DNA of 64,000 nucleotides from Escherichia coli (GCF_001677475.2 NZ_CP015229.1); one strand, 5' to 3'. Counted from the first letter of the stretch, positions 46,902 through 58,325 are shown. The notes: generated by a model not told the origin, from the sequence alone. Program-made: numbers and translations.

Positions 46902-48365
46902 ATGAAACCTTCCACTGAATGGTGGCGATACCTTGCGCCGCTGGCGGTCATCGCCATTATTGCTCTAATTCCGGTTCCCGCAGGGCTGGAGAGTCATACC
47001 TGGCTCTACTTTGCCGTTTTTACTGGCGTGATCGTTGGGCTGATCCTCGAACCCGTGCCGGGTGCCGTGGTGGCGATGGTGGGTATCTCCATTATCGCCA
47101 TTCTCTCGCCGTGGCTGCTGTTTAGCCCCGATCAACTCGCCCAGCCAGGCTTTAAGTTCACCGCCAAATCCCTCTCCTGGGCAGTTTCTGGTTTTTCTAA
47201 TTCGGTTATCTGGCTGATTTTCGCCGCCTTTATGTTTGGCACAGGCTATGAAAAAACCGGGCTGGGGCGACGTATCGCGCTGATTCTGGTGAAAAAGATG
47301 GGGCATCGCACGCTGTTTCTCGGCTATGCGGTGATGTTCTCCGAGCTGATCCTGGCACCTGTAACACCGTCCAACTCGGCGCGTGGTGCGGGAATTATCT
47401 ATCCCATCATCCGTAACCTGCCACCGCTCTATCAATCACAACCAAATGACAGCAGTTCACGCAGCATTGGCTCGTACATCATGTGGATGGGGATTGTTGC
47501 CGACTGCGTGACCAGCGCCATTTTCCTGACGGCGATGGCACCAAACTTGCTGTTAATTGGACTGATGAAAAGTGCATCTCACGCCACGCTGAGTTGGGGC
47601 GACTGGTTCCTCGGGATGTTGCCGCTCAGTATTTTACTGGTGCTGCTGGTTCCCTGGCTGGCTTACGTGCTGTACCCGCCGGTACTGAAGTCTGGCGATC
47701 AGGTGCCGCGCTGGGCAGAGACGGAACTGCAGGCAATGGGCCCGCTCTGTTCGCGTGAAAAACGGATGCTGGGGCTGATGGTAGGCGCGCTGGTGCTGTG
47801 GATTTTCGGCGGTGATTATATCGATGCCGCGATGGTCGGTTACAGCGTGGTGGCGCTGATGCTGCTTCTGCGCATTATCAGTTGGGACGACATTGTCAGT
47901 AATAAAGCGGCGTGGAACGTTTTCTTCTGGCTGGCCTCGCTTATCACCCTCGCTACCGGACTCAACAACACCGGTTTTATTAGCTGGTTTGGCAAACTGT
48001 TAGCAGGCAGCTTAAGCGGTTATTCGCCGACGATGGTGATGGTGGCGTTGATTGTGGTCTTTTATCTGCTGCGCTACTTTTTTGCCAGCGCCACGGCGTA
48101 TACCTCCGCCCTCGCACCGATGATGATTGCCGCTGCGCTGGCGATGCCGGAAATCCCGCTGCCGGTGTTCTGCCTGATGGTTGGTGCGGCAATTGGTCTG
48201 GGGAGCATTCTTACACCATATGCCACCGGCCCCAGTCCGATTTACTACGGCAGTGATTATCTGCCAACGGCGGATTACTGGCGACTGGGGGCGATTTTTG
48301 GGCTGATATTCCTCGTATTGCTGGTGATTACCGGCTTACTGTGGATGCCCGTGGTGTTGCTTTAA
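46902..48365 (+). CDS. ttdT: Tartrate/succinate antiporter (DASS family)
   Basis: 487 aa, polytopic membrane protein. Confidence 0.94.
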   Translation: MKPSTEWWRYLAPLAVIAIIALIPVPAGLESHTWLYFAVFTGVIVGLILEPVPGAVVAMVGISIIAILSPWLLFSPDQLAQPGFKFTAKSLSWAVSGFSNSVIWLIFAAFMFGTGYEKTGLGRRIALILVKKMGHRTLFLGYAVMFSELILAPVTPSNSARGAGIIYPIIRNLPPLYQSQPNDSSSRSIGSYIMWMGIVADCVTSAIFLTAMAPNLLLIGLMKSASHATLSWGDWFLGMLPLSILLVLLVPWLAYVLYPPVLKSGDQVPRWAETELQAMGPLCSREKRMLGLMVGALVLWIFGGDYIDAAMVGYSVVALMLLLRIISWDDIVSNKAAWNVFFWLASLITLATGLNNTGFISWFGKLLAGSLSGYSPTMVMVALIVVFYLLRYFFASATAYTSALAPMMIAAALAMPEIPLPVFCLMVGAAIGLGSILTPYATGPSPIYYGSDYLPTADYWRLGAIFGLIFLVLLVITGLLWMPVVLL

Positions 48366-48373
48366 GTAAGGAC

Positions 48374-48399
48374 GGTGCCGGAAGTAACTCTCCGGCACC
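48374..48399. terminator. Hairpin between convergent ttdT and tsaD
   Basis: ggtgccgga-agtaactc-tccggcacc. Confidence 0.65.
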
Positions 48400-48407
48400 C
48401 GATAGTT

Positions 48408-49421
48408 TTACGCAGCCGGTAACTCCGCCAGCGGCCAGCGCGGACGCACGCTAACGCCGAGATCCGCCGTCGCGCCTGCTTTAAACCGCACCATTCCGGC
48501 ATAGGCGATCATCGCACCGTTATCGGTACAAAACTCCGGACGCGCGTAGAACACTTCGCCGCGGCGTTTTTTCATCATTTCAGCCAGCTTCGCCCGTAAC
48601 GTGCGGTTAGCACTCACGCCGCCTGCCATGACCAGTCGCTTAAAGCCAGTCTGATCCAGCGCTCGCTTACACTTAATCATCAACGTATCGACCACCGCAT
48701 CTTCAAAGGCACGGGCGATATCAGCACGCGTCTGGTCGTCGGTGCCGTTGTCACGAATGGTATTTGCCGCGAAGGTTTTCAGGCCGGAGAAGCTGAAATC
48801 CAGCCCCGGACGGTCGGTCATCGGACGCGGGAAGACAAAGCGCCCGGCAGTACCCTGAGCCGCCATTTTCGACAGCAGCGGCCCGCCTGGATAATCCAGC
48901 CCCAGCAGCTTCGCGGTTTTATCAAACGCTTCACCAGCGGCATCATCAATGGACTCGCCGAGCAGCTCATACTGACCAATGCCGGTAACGCTGATTAACT
49001 GCGTATGACCGCCGGAAACCAGCAGCGCGACAAACGGAAATTCCGGTGGGTTATCTTCCAGCATCGGCGCTAACAGATGCCCTTCCATATGGTGTACCGG
49101 GATTGCCGGAACGTCCCAGGCAAATGCCAGAGAACGCCCCACGGTCGCGCCAACCAACAGCGCGCCGACTAATCCAGGGCCTGCGGTATAGGTCACTGCG
49201 TCAATGTCTTTTGCCGTTAAACCAGACTCCTTTAGCGCCGCCTGGATCAACGGTACGGTTTTACGCACATGATCGCGGGAGGCCAGCTCAGGCACTACAC
49301 CGCCGTAGTCAGCGTGCAATTTCACCTGACTATACAATTGGTTGGCTAACAAACCTTTTTCATCGTCGTAAATGGCGATGCCGGTTTCATCGCAGGAAGT
49401 TTCAATACCCAGTACACGCAT
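48408..49421 (-). CDS. tsaD: tRNA N6-adenosine threonylcarbamoyltransferase
   Basis: 337 aa, [19 protein letters not shown]. Confidence 0.97.
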   Translation of the reverse strand: MRVLGIETSCDETGIAIYDDEKGLLANQLYSQVKLHADYGGVVPELASRDHVRKTVPLIQAALKESGLTAKDIDAVTYTAGPGLVGALLVGATVGRSLAFAWDVPAIPVHHMEGHLLAPMLEDNPPEFPFVALLVSGGHTQLISVTGIGQYELLGESIDDAAGEAFDKTAKLLGLDYPGGPLLSKMAAQGTAGRFVFPRPMTDRPGLDFSFSGLKTFAANTIRDNGTDDQTRADIARAFEDAVVDTLMIKCKRALDQTGFKRLVMAGGVSANRTLRAKLAEMMKKRRGEVFYARPEFCTDNGAMIAYAGMVRFKAGATADLGVSVRPRWPLAELPAA

Positions 49422-49619
49422 GACTTGTTTTACCTCGCTTTATTACCGCGCAGTGTAGGACCAATGCGGGTTGATGTAAAACTTTGTTCGCCCCTGGAGA
49501 AAGCCTCGTGTATACTCCTCACCCTTATAAAAGTCCCTTTCAAAAAAGGCCGCGGTGCTTTACAAAGCAGCAGCAATTGCAGTAAAATTCCGCACCATTT
49601 TGAAATAAGCTGGCGTTGA

Positions 49620-49874
<255 letters not shown>

Positions 49875-49918
49875 TTCCCCGAGAGCGTTGCTCTCCGATC
49901 AGACTGAGTTGTAGTTGT

Positions 49919-49960
49919 AAGGCCGTGCTTCCGAAAGGAATGCGCGGCTTATTTTCGTTT
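49919..49960 (+). terminator. Terminator/attenuator between rpsU and dnaG
   Basis: aaggccgtgc...gcgcggctt is a bulged stem followed by attttcgttt. It is consistent with the known partial terminator T1 of the macromolecular synthesis operon. Confidence 0.7.
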
Positions 49961-49984
49961 ATGAATTGCTAAAAATCGGGGCCT

Positions 49985-51730
49985 ATGGCTGGACGAATCC
50001 CACGCGTATTCATTAATGATCTGCTGGCACGCACCGACATCGTCGATCTGATCGATGCCCGTGTGAAGCTGAAAAAGCAGGGCAAGAATTTCCACGCGTG
50101 TTGTCCATTCCACAACGAGAAAACCCCATCATTCACCGTTAACGGTGAGAAACAGTTTTACCACTGCTTTGGATGTGGCGCGCACGGCAACGCGATCGAC
50201 TTCCTGATGAACTACGACAAGCTTGAGTTCGTCGAAACGGTCGAAGAGCTGGCAGCAATGCACAATCTTGAAGTGCCATTTGAAGCAGGTAGCGGCCCCA
50301 GCCAGATCGAGCGCCATCAGCGGCAAACGCTTTATCAGTTGATGGACGGTCTGAATACGTTTTACCAACAATCTTTACAGCAACCTGTTGCCACGTCTGC
50401 GCGCCAGTATCTGGAAAAACGCGGATTAAGCCACGAGGTTATCGCCCGCTTTGCGATTGGTTTTGCCCCCCCTGGCTGGGACAACGTCCTGAAGCGGTTT
50501 GGCGGCAATCCAGAAAATCGCCAGTCATTGATTGATGCGGGCATGTTGGTCACTAACGATCAGGGGCGCAGTTACGACCGTTTCCGCGAGCGGGTGATGT
50601 TCCCCATTCGCGATAAACGCGGTCGGGTGATTGGTTTTGGCGGGCGTGTGCTGGGCAACGATACCCCCAAATACCTGAACTCGCCGGAAACAGACATTTT
50701 CCATAAAGGCCGCCAGCTTTACGGTCTTTATGAAGCGCAGCAGGATAACGCTGAACCCAATCGTCTGCTTGTGGTCGAAGGCTATATGGACGTGGTGGCG
50801 CTGGCGCAATACGGCATTAATTACGCCGTTGCGTCGTTAGGTACGTCAACCACCGCCGATCACATACAACTGTTGTTCCGCGCGACCAACAATGTCATTT
50901 GCTGTTATGACGGCGACCGTGCAGGCCGCGATGCCGCCTGGCGAGCGCTGGAAACGGCGCTGCCTTACATGACAGACGGTCGTCAGCTACGTTTTATGTT
51001 TTTGCCTGATGGCGAAGACCCTGACACGCTGGTACGAAAAGAAGGTAAAGAAGCGTTTGAAGCGCGGATGGAGCAGGCGATGCCACTCTCCGCATTTCTG
51101 TTTAACAGTCTGATGCCGCAAGTTGATCTGAGTACCCCTGACGGGCGCGCACGTTTAAGTACGCTGGCACTGCCATTGATATCGCAAGTGCCGGGCGAAA
51201 CGCTGCGAATATATCTTCGTCAGGAATTAGGCAACAAATTAGGCATACTTGATGACAGCCAGCTTGAACGATTAATGCCAAAAGCGGCAGAGAGCGGCGT
51301 TTCTCGCCCTGTTCCGCAGCTAAAACGCACGACCATGCGTATACTTATAGGGTTGCTGGTGCAAAATCCAGAATTAGCGACGTTGGTCCCGCCGCTTGAG
51401 AATCTGGATGAAAATAAGCTCCCTGGACTTGGCTTATTCAGAGAACTGGTCAACACTTGTCTCTCCCAGCCAGGTCTGACCACCGGGCAACTTTTAGAGC
51501 ACTATCGTGGTACAAATAATGCTGCCACCCTTGAAAAACTGTCGATGTGGGACGATATAGCAGATAAGAATATTGCTGAGCAAACCTTCACCGACTCACT
51601 CAACCATATGTTTGATTCGCTGCTTGAACTGCGCCAGGAAGAGTTAATCGCTCGTGAGCGCACGCATGGTTTAAGCAACGAAGAACGCCTGGAGCTCTGG
51701 ACATTAAACCAGGAGCTGGCGAAAAAGTGA
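49985..51730 (+). CDS. dnaG: DNA primase
   Basis: 581 aa, zinc ribbon CPFHNEKTPSFTVNGEKQFYHCFGCGAHG, Toprim domain. Confidence 0.98.
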   Translation: MAGRIPRVFINDLLARTDIVDLIDARVKLKKQGKNFHACCPFHNEKTPSFTVNGEKQFYHCFGCGAHGNAIDFLMNYDKLEFVETVEELAAMHNLEVPFEAGSGPSQIERHQRQTLYQLMDGLNTFYQQSLQQPVATSARQYLEKRGLSHEVIARFAIGFAPPGWDNVLKRFGGNPENRQSLIDAGMLVTNDQGRSYDRFRERVMFPIRDKRGRVIGFGGRVLGNDTPKYLNSPETDIFHKGRQLYGLYEAQQDNAEPNRLLVVEGYMDVVALAQYGINYAVASLGTSTTADHIQLLFRATNNVICCYDGDRAGRDAAWRALETALPYMTDGRQLRFMFLPDGEDPDTLVRKEGKEAFEARMEQAMPLSAFLFNSLMPQVDLSTPDGRARLSTLALPLISQVPGETLRIYLRQELGNKLGILDDSQLERLMPKAAESGVSRPVPQLKRTTMRILIGLLVQNPELATLVPPLENLDENKLPGLGLFRELVNTCLSQPGLTTGQLLEHYRGTNNAATLEKLSMWDDIADKNIAEQTFTDSLNHMFDSLLELRQEELIARERTHGLSNEERLELWTLNQELAKK

Positions 51731-51924
51731 TTTAACGGCTTAAGTGCCGAAGAGCGATCGGGAAGCCCCCGACAGCCGCACTGAGAGGCAGCGGCAAATA
51801 TATAAGTACGCCCTCGTAATTATCGTTGGCGGTAAACAACCGTTGGATTTCAGCGTTAACGGCTGAAGGACATCGGGTCAATCGCCCAACACCAACCTCA
51901 TGAAATAAGTGTGGATACCGTCTT

Positions 51925-53766
<1,842 letters not shown>

Positions 53767-53772
53767 TCGGTA

Positions 53773-53803
53773 GGCCGGATCAGGTGTTACGCCGCACCCG
53801 GCA
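53773..53803. repeat. REP-like element downstream of rpoD
   Basis: ggccggatcaggtgttacgccgcacccggca. Confidence 0.55.
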
Positions 53804-53820
53804 CTAGTCCCTCCGCACAA

Positions 53821-53846
53821 ACGCTACCTTTTCGGTGGCGTTTTTT
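53821..53846 (+). terminator. rpoD intrinsic terminator (overlaps the mug stop codon)
   Basis: cgctacc-ttttc-ggtggcg followed by tttttt. Confidence 0.8.
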
Positions 53847-54351
53847 ATCGCCCACGCACTACCAGCGCCTGGTCCAGCTCGCGATACGCTTCAACCAGTT
53901 TCTCCAGTGAAACGCGACTTAAACCGCTGGGATTTGGCAGCACCCAAATCTGCGTCGAACCAATGGTGAGCGTTTGTTTCCCCCACTGTGCACCGCGCTG
54001 GCTGAATCCCTGTTCATATGCTTGTTTGCCCAGAATCGCCAACGCCTGCGGCTGATAATCTTCAATTTTTTCAATCAGCTTACGCCCGCCTGCGTGTAGT
54101 TCTTGCTTTGAAACTTCATTGGCTTGCACCGTTGGACGGTCTACCAGTTTGGTGACGCCACAACGATAATCCAGCAGATGCTGTGCCTCCTGCGGCTTCA
54201 ACTGACGGTCGGTAAACCCGGCCTGATATATCACCTTCCAGAAGCGATTTGCCGGATGAGCAAAGGGAAAACCAGTCCCGGCGGATGAAAGCCCAGGGTT
54301 GATACCGCAAAACACGACCCGTAACCCTGGAGCCAAAATATCCTCAACCAT
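53845..54351 (-). CDS. mug: G/U mismatch-specific DNA glycosylase
   Basis: 168 aa, [20 protein letters not shown]. Confidence 0.96.
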
Positions 54352-54475
54352 ATTTACTCCTTTCTAACATCACCAGGAAAAGTATAACGAATTGAAAATA
54401 CATTGTTTATAAAAACAGCAGGCGCGCGGTAATGGCTGGATTGCGACACGGAGTTACTTTATAATCCGCTACCAT

Positions 54476-54551
54476 GGCCCCTTAGCTCAGTGGTTAGAGC
54501 AGGCGACTCATAATCGCTTGGTCGCTGGTTCAAGTCCAGCAGGGGCCACCA
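54476..54551 (+). tRNA. ileX: tRNA-Ile2 (anticodon CAU, lysidine-modified)
   Basis: 76 nt, ggcccct...aggggcc acceptor stem, anticodon loop ctCATaa, T-arm ggttcaagtcc, encoded CCA. The position after mug matches ileX. Confidence 0.92.
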
Positions 54552-54765
54552 GATTTCAATGAATTACAGATGTATCCAAACTATCTTGCTTTACCAGGAT
54601 ACTTATAGGATACCTCTGAGAAGTATTAACAAGTAAGAATTGGCTCATGCCTACAGAACAGTTGGGTCGTAGCAGCCGTTCACCTGCGAACAAGAAAGTG
54701 CTACGGGTCTGAACTTTTGCCCCCAACTCTCCAAGAGACCGGCAAAAACCCTGACGGAGGTATCA

Positions 54766-54909
54766 ATGGATACTTTAAGAAAGGGCTCAGACCTGCTGTC
54801 TGCACGTGTGATTGCCGTTACAGGTTTAATCGCAGCACTTGGCAATTTAGGTCTATGCCCAATAGCCGTAGTGCTAGTATGTATAGCTTTAGTTATCATG
54901 CTGAAGTAA
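54766..54909 (+). CDS. 47-aa hydrophobic peptide (candidate type I toxin or small membrane protein)
   Basis: Hand translation gives MDTLRKGSDLLSARVIAVTGLIAALGNLGLCPIAVVLVCIALVIMLK*. A GGAGG Shine-Dalgarno lies 7 nt upstream and a hairpin lies downstream. It is too short for the ORF track. Confidence 0.55.
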   Translation: MDTLRKGSDLLSARVIAVTGLIAALGNLGLCPIAVVLVCIALVIMLK

Positions 54910-54927
54910 TGACAGCGTAACAAGCTC

Positions 54928-54947
54928 GGCCCAGCTTTCGCTGGGCC
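54928..54947 (+). terminator. Hairpin after the 47-codon ORF
   Basis: ggcccagc-tttc-gctgggcc followed by tcccatttct, a weak T tract. Confidence 0.5.
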
Positions 54948-55356
54948 TCCCATTTCTACCTCCCAAAATCTATTAGAAACAATAAGCCACTAAAGAAAGA
55001 GCTTTTGCTGGCTACAATACTCACATACAAACAATTTTTATTTTTCGCGGGCGTAAAAAAACGATGGGGCTGGCAGTCCGGAAGACGTCAGGGTACAGAG
55101 ATTTGTACCCGCCTCTCCCTGTGCATGAGCACAATAAGTAACCGAAGGCGGAATTCCGCCCTCGGTACTCACATATGAGAAACGATATTTCTTCCACCGA
55201 TACCCTTTATTTGGGTATCGCGAGTAAGCCCCAAAATCTGGGTGTTACTCTTACTACCCAAACTACGGGTAGTTTCCGTAGTTTCATGGTCGAGTTGCAG
55301 ATCTGCAACTCACCCACCAGCCAACGCAATTTTGCGTTATCGGGAATATCAGCAAG

Positions 55357-55641
55357 TTACCGCCGCAGTCGTTCCGGCTTCTTCCACTGGTAAGTATTTT
55401 TCGCGCTCTCCCTCCGTTGTTGAGAACGGCGACGGTATGCCAGCAACTCAAGGACTCTGATCCGTATGTCGCGCATATCCACGCCGTTAAGCTCGATACC
55501 GTCACGGCGCATCATCTCTGCCACCACACGCGCGTAATTTTCGGCTATCACGCTGTCCGGCTGCGTGGCCTCCTATTTGCTTGATGGTTGTTTGATTCCG
55601 GTAACGCGGCGGATTAATCCCAGCAATTCAGATTCTGTCAT
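55357..55641 (-). pseudogene. Unknown island ORF interrupted by an in-frame TAG
   Basis: The ATG at 55641 gives MTESELLGLIRRVTGIKQPSSK, then a TAG at 55575-55573. The same frame continues EATQPDSVIAENYARVVAEMMRRDGIELNGVDMRDIRIRVLELL..., which is the track ORF 55357-55551 (GTG start, no usable Shine-Dalgarno). Confidence 0.4.
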
Positions 55642-55652
55642 AGTGCGCTACG

Positions 55653-56055
55653 TTACTTGTCTTTATTCGGCTGCAACTTATCCGGCACATTTCCGGTAGT
55701 TTCCATCAGGTAATCAGCCAGTATCTGTGGGAGGTTGTCGGCAACTCTGGCACTGGCATTACAGGCTTTAACCACTTCCCTTTTAAGCCCATCCAGCATA
55801 GCGGGGGTAATGTGTGGGAAGCTCCTTTGCATAGTAAGCGGGAGGCTGTCCATGATTGATGAAATCTGACTCGCCAGTTTTGAAAGCGCGTACATGCAAA
55901 ACTCTGTATCAATCACGTCACCGCGATCGCGCTCGTTTTTAAGTTCCTGCGCCTCCGCCTGTGCTGTCAGTAATCTGATCCTGACTCGTAAGTATGAGAC
56001 GACAATAACTCAGTCCGCCTGGCGCCGATTATTCTGGCCGGTTTTGTAACCTGAG
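55653..56055 (-). pseudogene. Nu1-type terminase small subunit, C-terminal part (separated from its N-terminal part by the IS; extra frameshift near 55983)
   Basis: Minus-strand translation gives ...RIRLLTAQAEAQELKNERDRGDVIDTEFCMYALSKLASQISSIMDSLPLTMQRSFPHITPAMLDGLKREVVKACNASA.... This aligns by hand with lambda Nu1 ...HRLTRAQADAQELKNARDSAEVVETAFCTFVLSRIAGEIASILDGLPLSVQRRFPELENRHVDFLKRDIIKAMNKAA (recalled from memory). Confidence 0.8.
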
Positions 56056-56085
56056 TGTCATTTACATGATCCAACAGGAAATGGC

Positions 56086-57514
56086 GTGACGCTCAATACT
56101 TCTCAGGTCAGTTACTATATGACTCAGCGTAAGAAAGGTATAACTCAGCATATCTCGGCCATGAAGGCTGGTATCTCAGTCCGTTCTGGTCGTCGGATCG
56201 AAAAAGGAGAGTGGGCAAAAAACAGTGTTCGGCACTGGCGCACACGCAAAGATCCTCTGGAAGCTGTGTGGGACAGCATGCTTGTTCCTCTGTTGAAAGA
56301 GAGGCCGGCTCTGACACCAACAACTCTACTGGAGATGCTACAGGATAAATATCCCGGCCAGTACCCCAACAGCCTTCGAAGAACAATGCAACGGCGGGTT
56401 CGCGAATGGAAACTACAGTATGGTACAGAGCAGGAGGTCATGTTCCGCCAGCAACATCAGCCCGGCCTGCGAGGCCTGTCGGACTTTACTGAACTGAAAG
56501 GTGTAGTTGTCACCATCGCCGGTAAGTTGTTGGCGCATAAGTTGTATCACTTCCGTCTGGAATGGAGCCACTGGAGCTGGATGCGGGTTGTTCTGGGTGG
56601 TGAGAGCTTCTCTGCTCTGGCTGAAGGCCTGCAGGAAGCCCTCGGACAACTGGGCGGAGTGCCGGTAGAACATAAAACGGACAGCCTGAGGGCAGCATGG
56701 AAACAACAGGGCGAAGATGGACGCCGCGAGCTGACTGAGCGTTATGCTACTCTCTGTCAGCACTACGGAATGCAGGGCGTACACAATAATGCCGGTCGGG
56801 GCCACGAAAATGGCTCGGTTGAAAGTGCCCACGGACATCTGAAAAGGCGTATCTGTCAGGCGCTGATACTGCGGGGCAGTAACGACTTCAGCACCATAGA
56901 AGAATATCAGGCCTTCATCACTCAGCAGGTTATGCGGCACAACCGTAACAATCAGGATCTGGTCAAGGAAGAACGTCTTCATCTGAAACCGCTGCCGCTT
57001 CGTCGCAGTGCTGACTATGATGAGCTGACTGTGAGGGTTAGTCGCAGCAGTACCATCAATGTGAAGCACGTCGTCTACAGCGTACCTTCCCGGCTTGTAG
57101 GTCAACTGTTACGGGTCAGGTTATGGGACGATCGTCTGAGCTGTTACGTTGGCAGCAGCGAGGTCATGAGCTGCCCTCGCGTCAGACCAGAAAAAGGGAA
57201 GACGCGGGCCCGTCGTATCGACTTCCGACATGTGATCGACAGTCTGGCAAAAAAGCCCGGTGCGTTCTGCCATGCAACGCTGAGAAATGACATCCTGCCG
57301 GACGATGAATGGCGGAGGCTGTGGCGTCGCTTATGTAATCATCTGGAGCCCGATATGGCAGGAAGGCTGATGGTACATGCCGGGAAACGTGGATCTGCAC
57401 CGGCTGATGCGCTTCCTGGGTATAAAAGAAAAGGCGTTGCCGGTAGTCAATGTGATACAGCATAACCTGAGCAGTTATGAGCAACTACTGCGTGGCAAGG
57501 GAGGTTCGCAGTGA
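56086..57514 (+). pseudogene. istA: IS21-family transposase IstA with an apparent frame disruption near the 3' end
   Basis: The track ORF 56086-57465 (459 aa, HTH plus DDE region) ends in ...HAGKRGSAPADALPGYKRKGVAGSQCDTA. The +1 frame from 57371 reads WYMPGNVDLHRLMRFLGIKEKALPVVNVIQHNLSSYEQLLRGKGGSQ*, and its TGA overlaps the istB GTG (GTGA at 57511-57514). That overlap is the canonical istA/istB junction. Confidence 0.65.
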
Positions 57515-58266
57515 GCAATATCCATCACCTTGAACATAGCCTGCGTAAACTACGCCTGACACGAGTTGGAGCTGAATGGCACGCTCTGGAAAAACGAGCG
57601 CTGGCAGAAGGCTGGACACCATCGCGCTATCTTCTGACGCTATGCAATGAAGAACTCCTGTGGCGCGAGAGTGAAAAACTGCGTCGTTATAAAAAGGAGG
57701 CCCGGTTGCCAGTTGCCAAAACGCTGAGCGAATACGACTTCAGTCAGGTGCCGGAACTGAATGGAGCTCAGTTCCGGCAACTCTGTGAAACGACAGACTG
57801 GGTTGATGCAGGAGAAAACGTTCTGCTGTTCGGAGCCAGCGGGTTGGGGAAAAGCCATCTGGCGGCAGCGATCGTGGATGGCGTAGTAGGTCAGGGCTAC
57901 CGGGCCCGGTTCTACAGCGCAGGAGAGCTGTTGCAGGAACTACGTAAAGCCAGAGCTCAGTTGAAACTGAATGAGCTGCTACTGAAACTGGATCGCTACC
58001 GGGTGATAGTGGTGGATGATCTTGGCTATGTCAAACGCGATAGTGCCGAAACGGGTGTGCTGTTCGAGTTAATAGCGCATCGCTATGAACGTGGGAGCCT
58101 GGTGATAACCAGTAACCATCCGTTCAGCATGTGGGGCAGCATCTTCGTGGATGAGACTATGGCGGTGGCTGCGGCAGACAGGCTGATCCATCACGGATAT
58201 ATGTTCGAACTGAAAGGGGAAAGCTACAGGAAAAAGACAGCGAAGGCAGTAACAAGCGCGACTTGA
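57511..58266 (+). CDS. istB: IS21-family ATP-binding helper IstB
   Basis: 251 aa, Walker A GASGLGKSH, Walker B VIVVDDLG. A GGGAGG Shine-Dalgarno lies upstream of the GTG. Confidence 0.92.
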   Translation: MSNIHHLEHSLRKLRLTRVGAEWHALEKRALAEGWTPSRYLLTLCNEELLWRESEKLRRYKKEARLPVAKTLSEYDFSQVPELNGAQFRQLCETTDWVDAGENVLLFGASGLGKSHLAAAIVDGVVGQGYRARFYSAGELLQELRKARAQLKLNELLLKLDRYRVIVVDDLGYVKRDSAETGVLFELIAHRYERGSLVITSNHPFSMWGSIFVDETMAVAAADRLIHHGYMFELKGESYRKKTAKAVTSAT

Positions 58267-58325
58267 TGTCGCCCTGAAGGGTGCGGCCAGTATAGTTGGC
58301 GCGAGTCGGCAAAACTAGTTGACGT

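Larger units (their letters stand above)
56056..58324 (+). mobile_element. IS21-family insertion sequence (istA-istB), ends approximate
   Basis: The left end tgtcatttac has a second copy, gtcagttac, 50 bp inside. The right end, read inward, is cgtcaactag plus gccaactat. These are the multiple imperfect terminal repeats typical of IS21-like elements. The element splits a Nu1-like gene. I found no target-site duplication. Confidence 0.8.

Noticed and set aside
54651-54953. Track ORFs of 100 aa (minus strand) and 67 aa (plus strand) just after ileX
   Set aside because: Neither has a plausible ribosome-binding site or a recognisable product. A third frame contains a 47-codon ORF with a GGAGG Shine-Dalgarno and a downstream hairpin, which explains the region better.
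54552-56055. Search for an integrase remnant or a recognisable anti-phage defence operon next to the tRNA
   Set aside because: No ORF there shows tyrosine-recombinase motifs (R..H..R..Y) or nuclease, ATPase, TIR, SIR2 or similar signatures. Only small ORFs and hairpins are present, so I make no such call.
56413-57105. 230-aa minus-strand ORF inside the IS21-family istA
   Set aside because: It is antisense to the transposase frame and is not a known feature of IS21-family elements.
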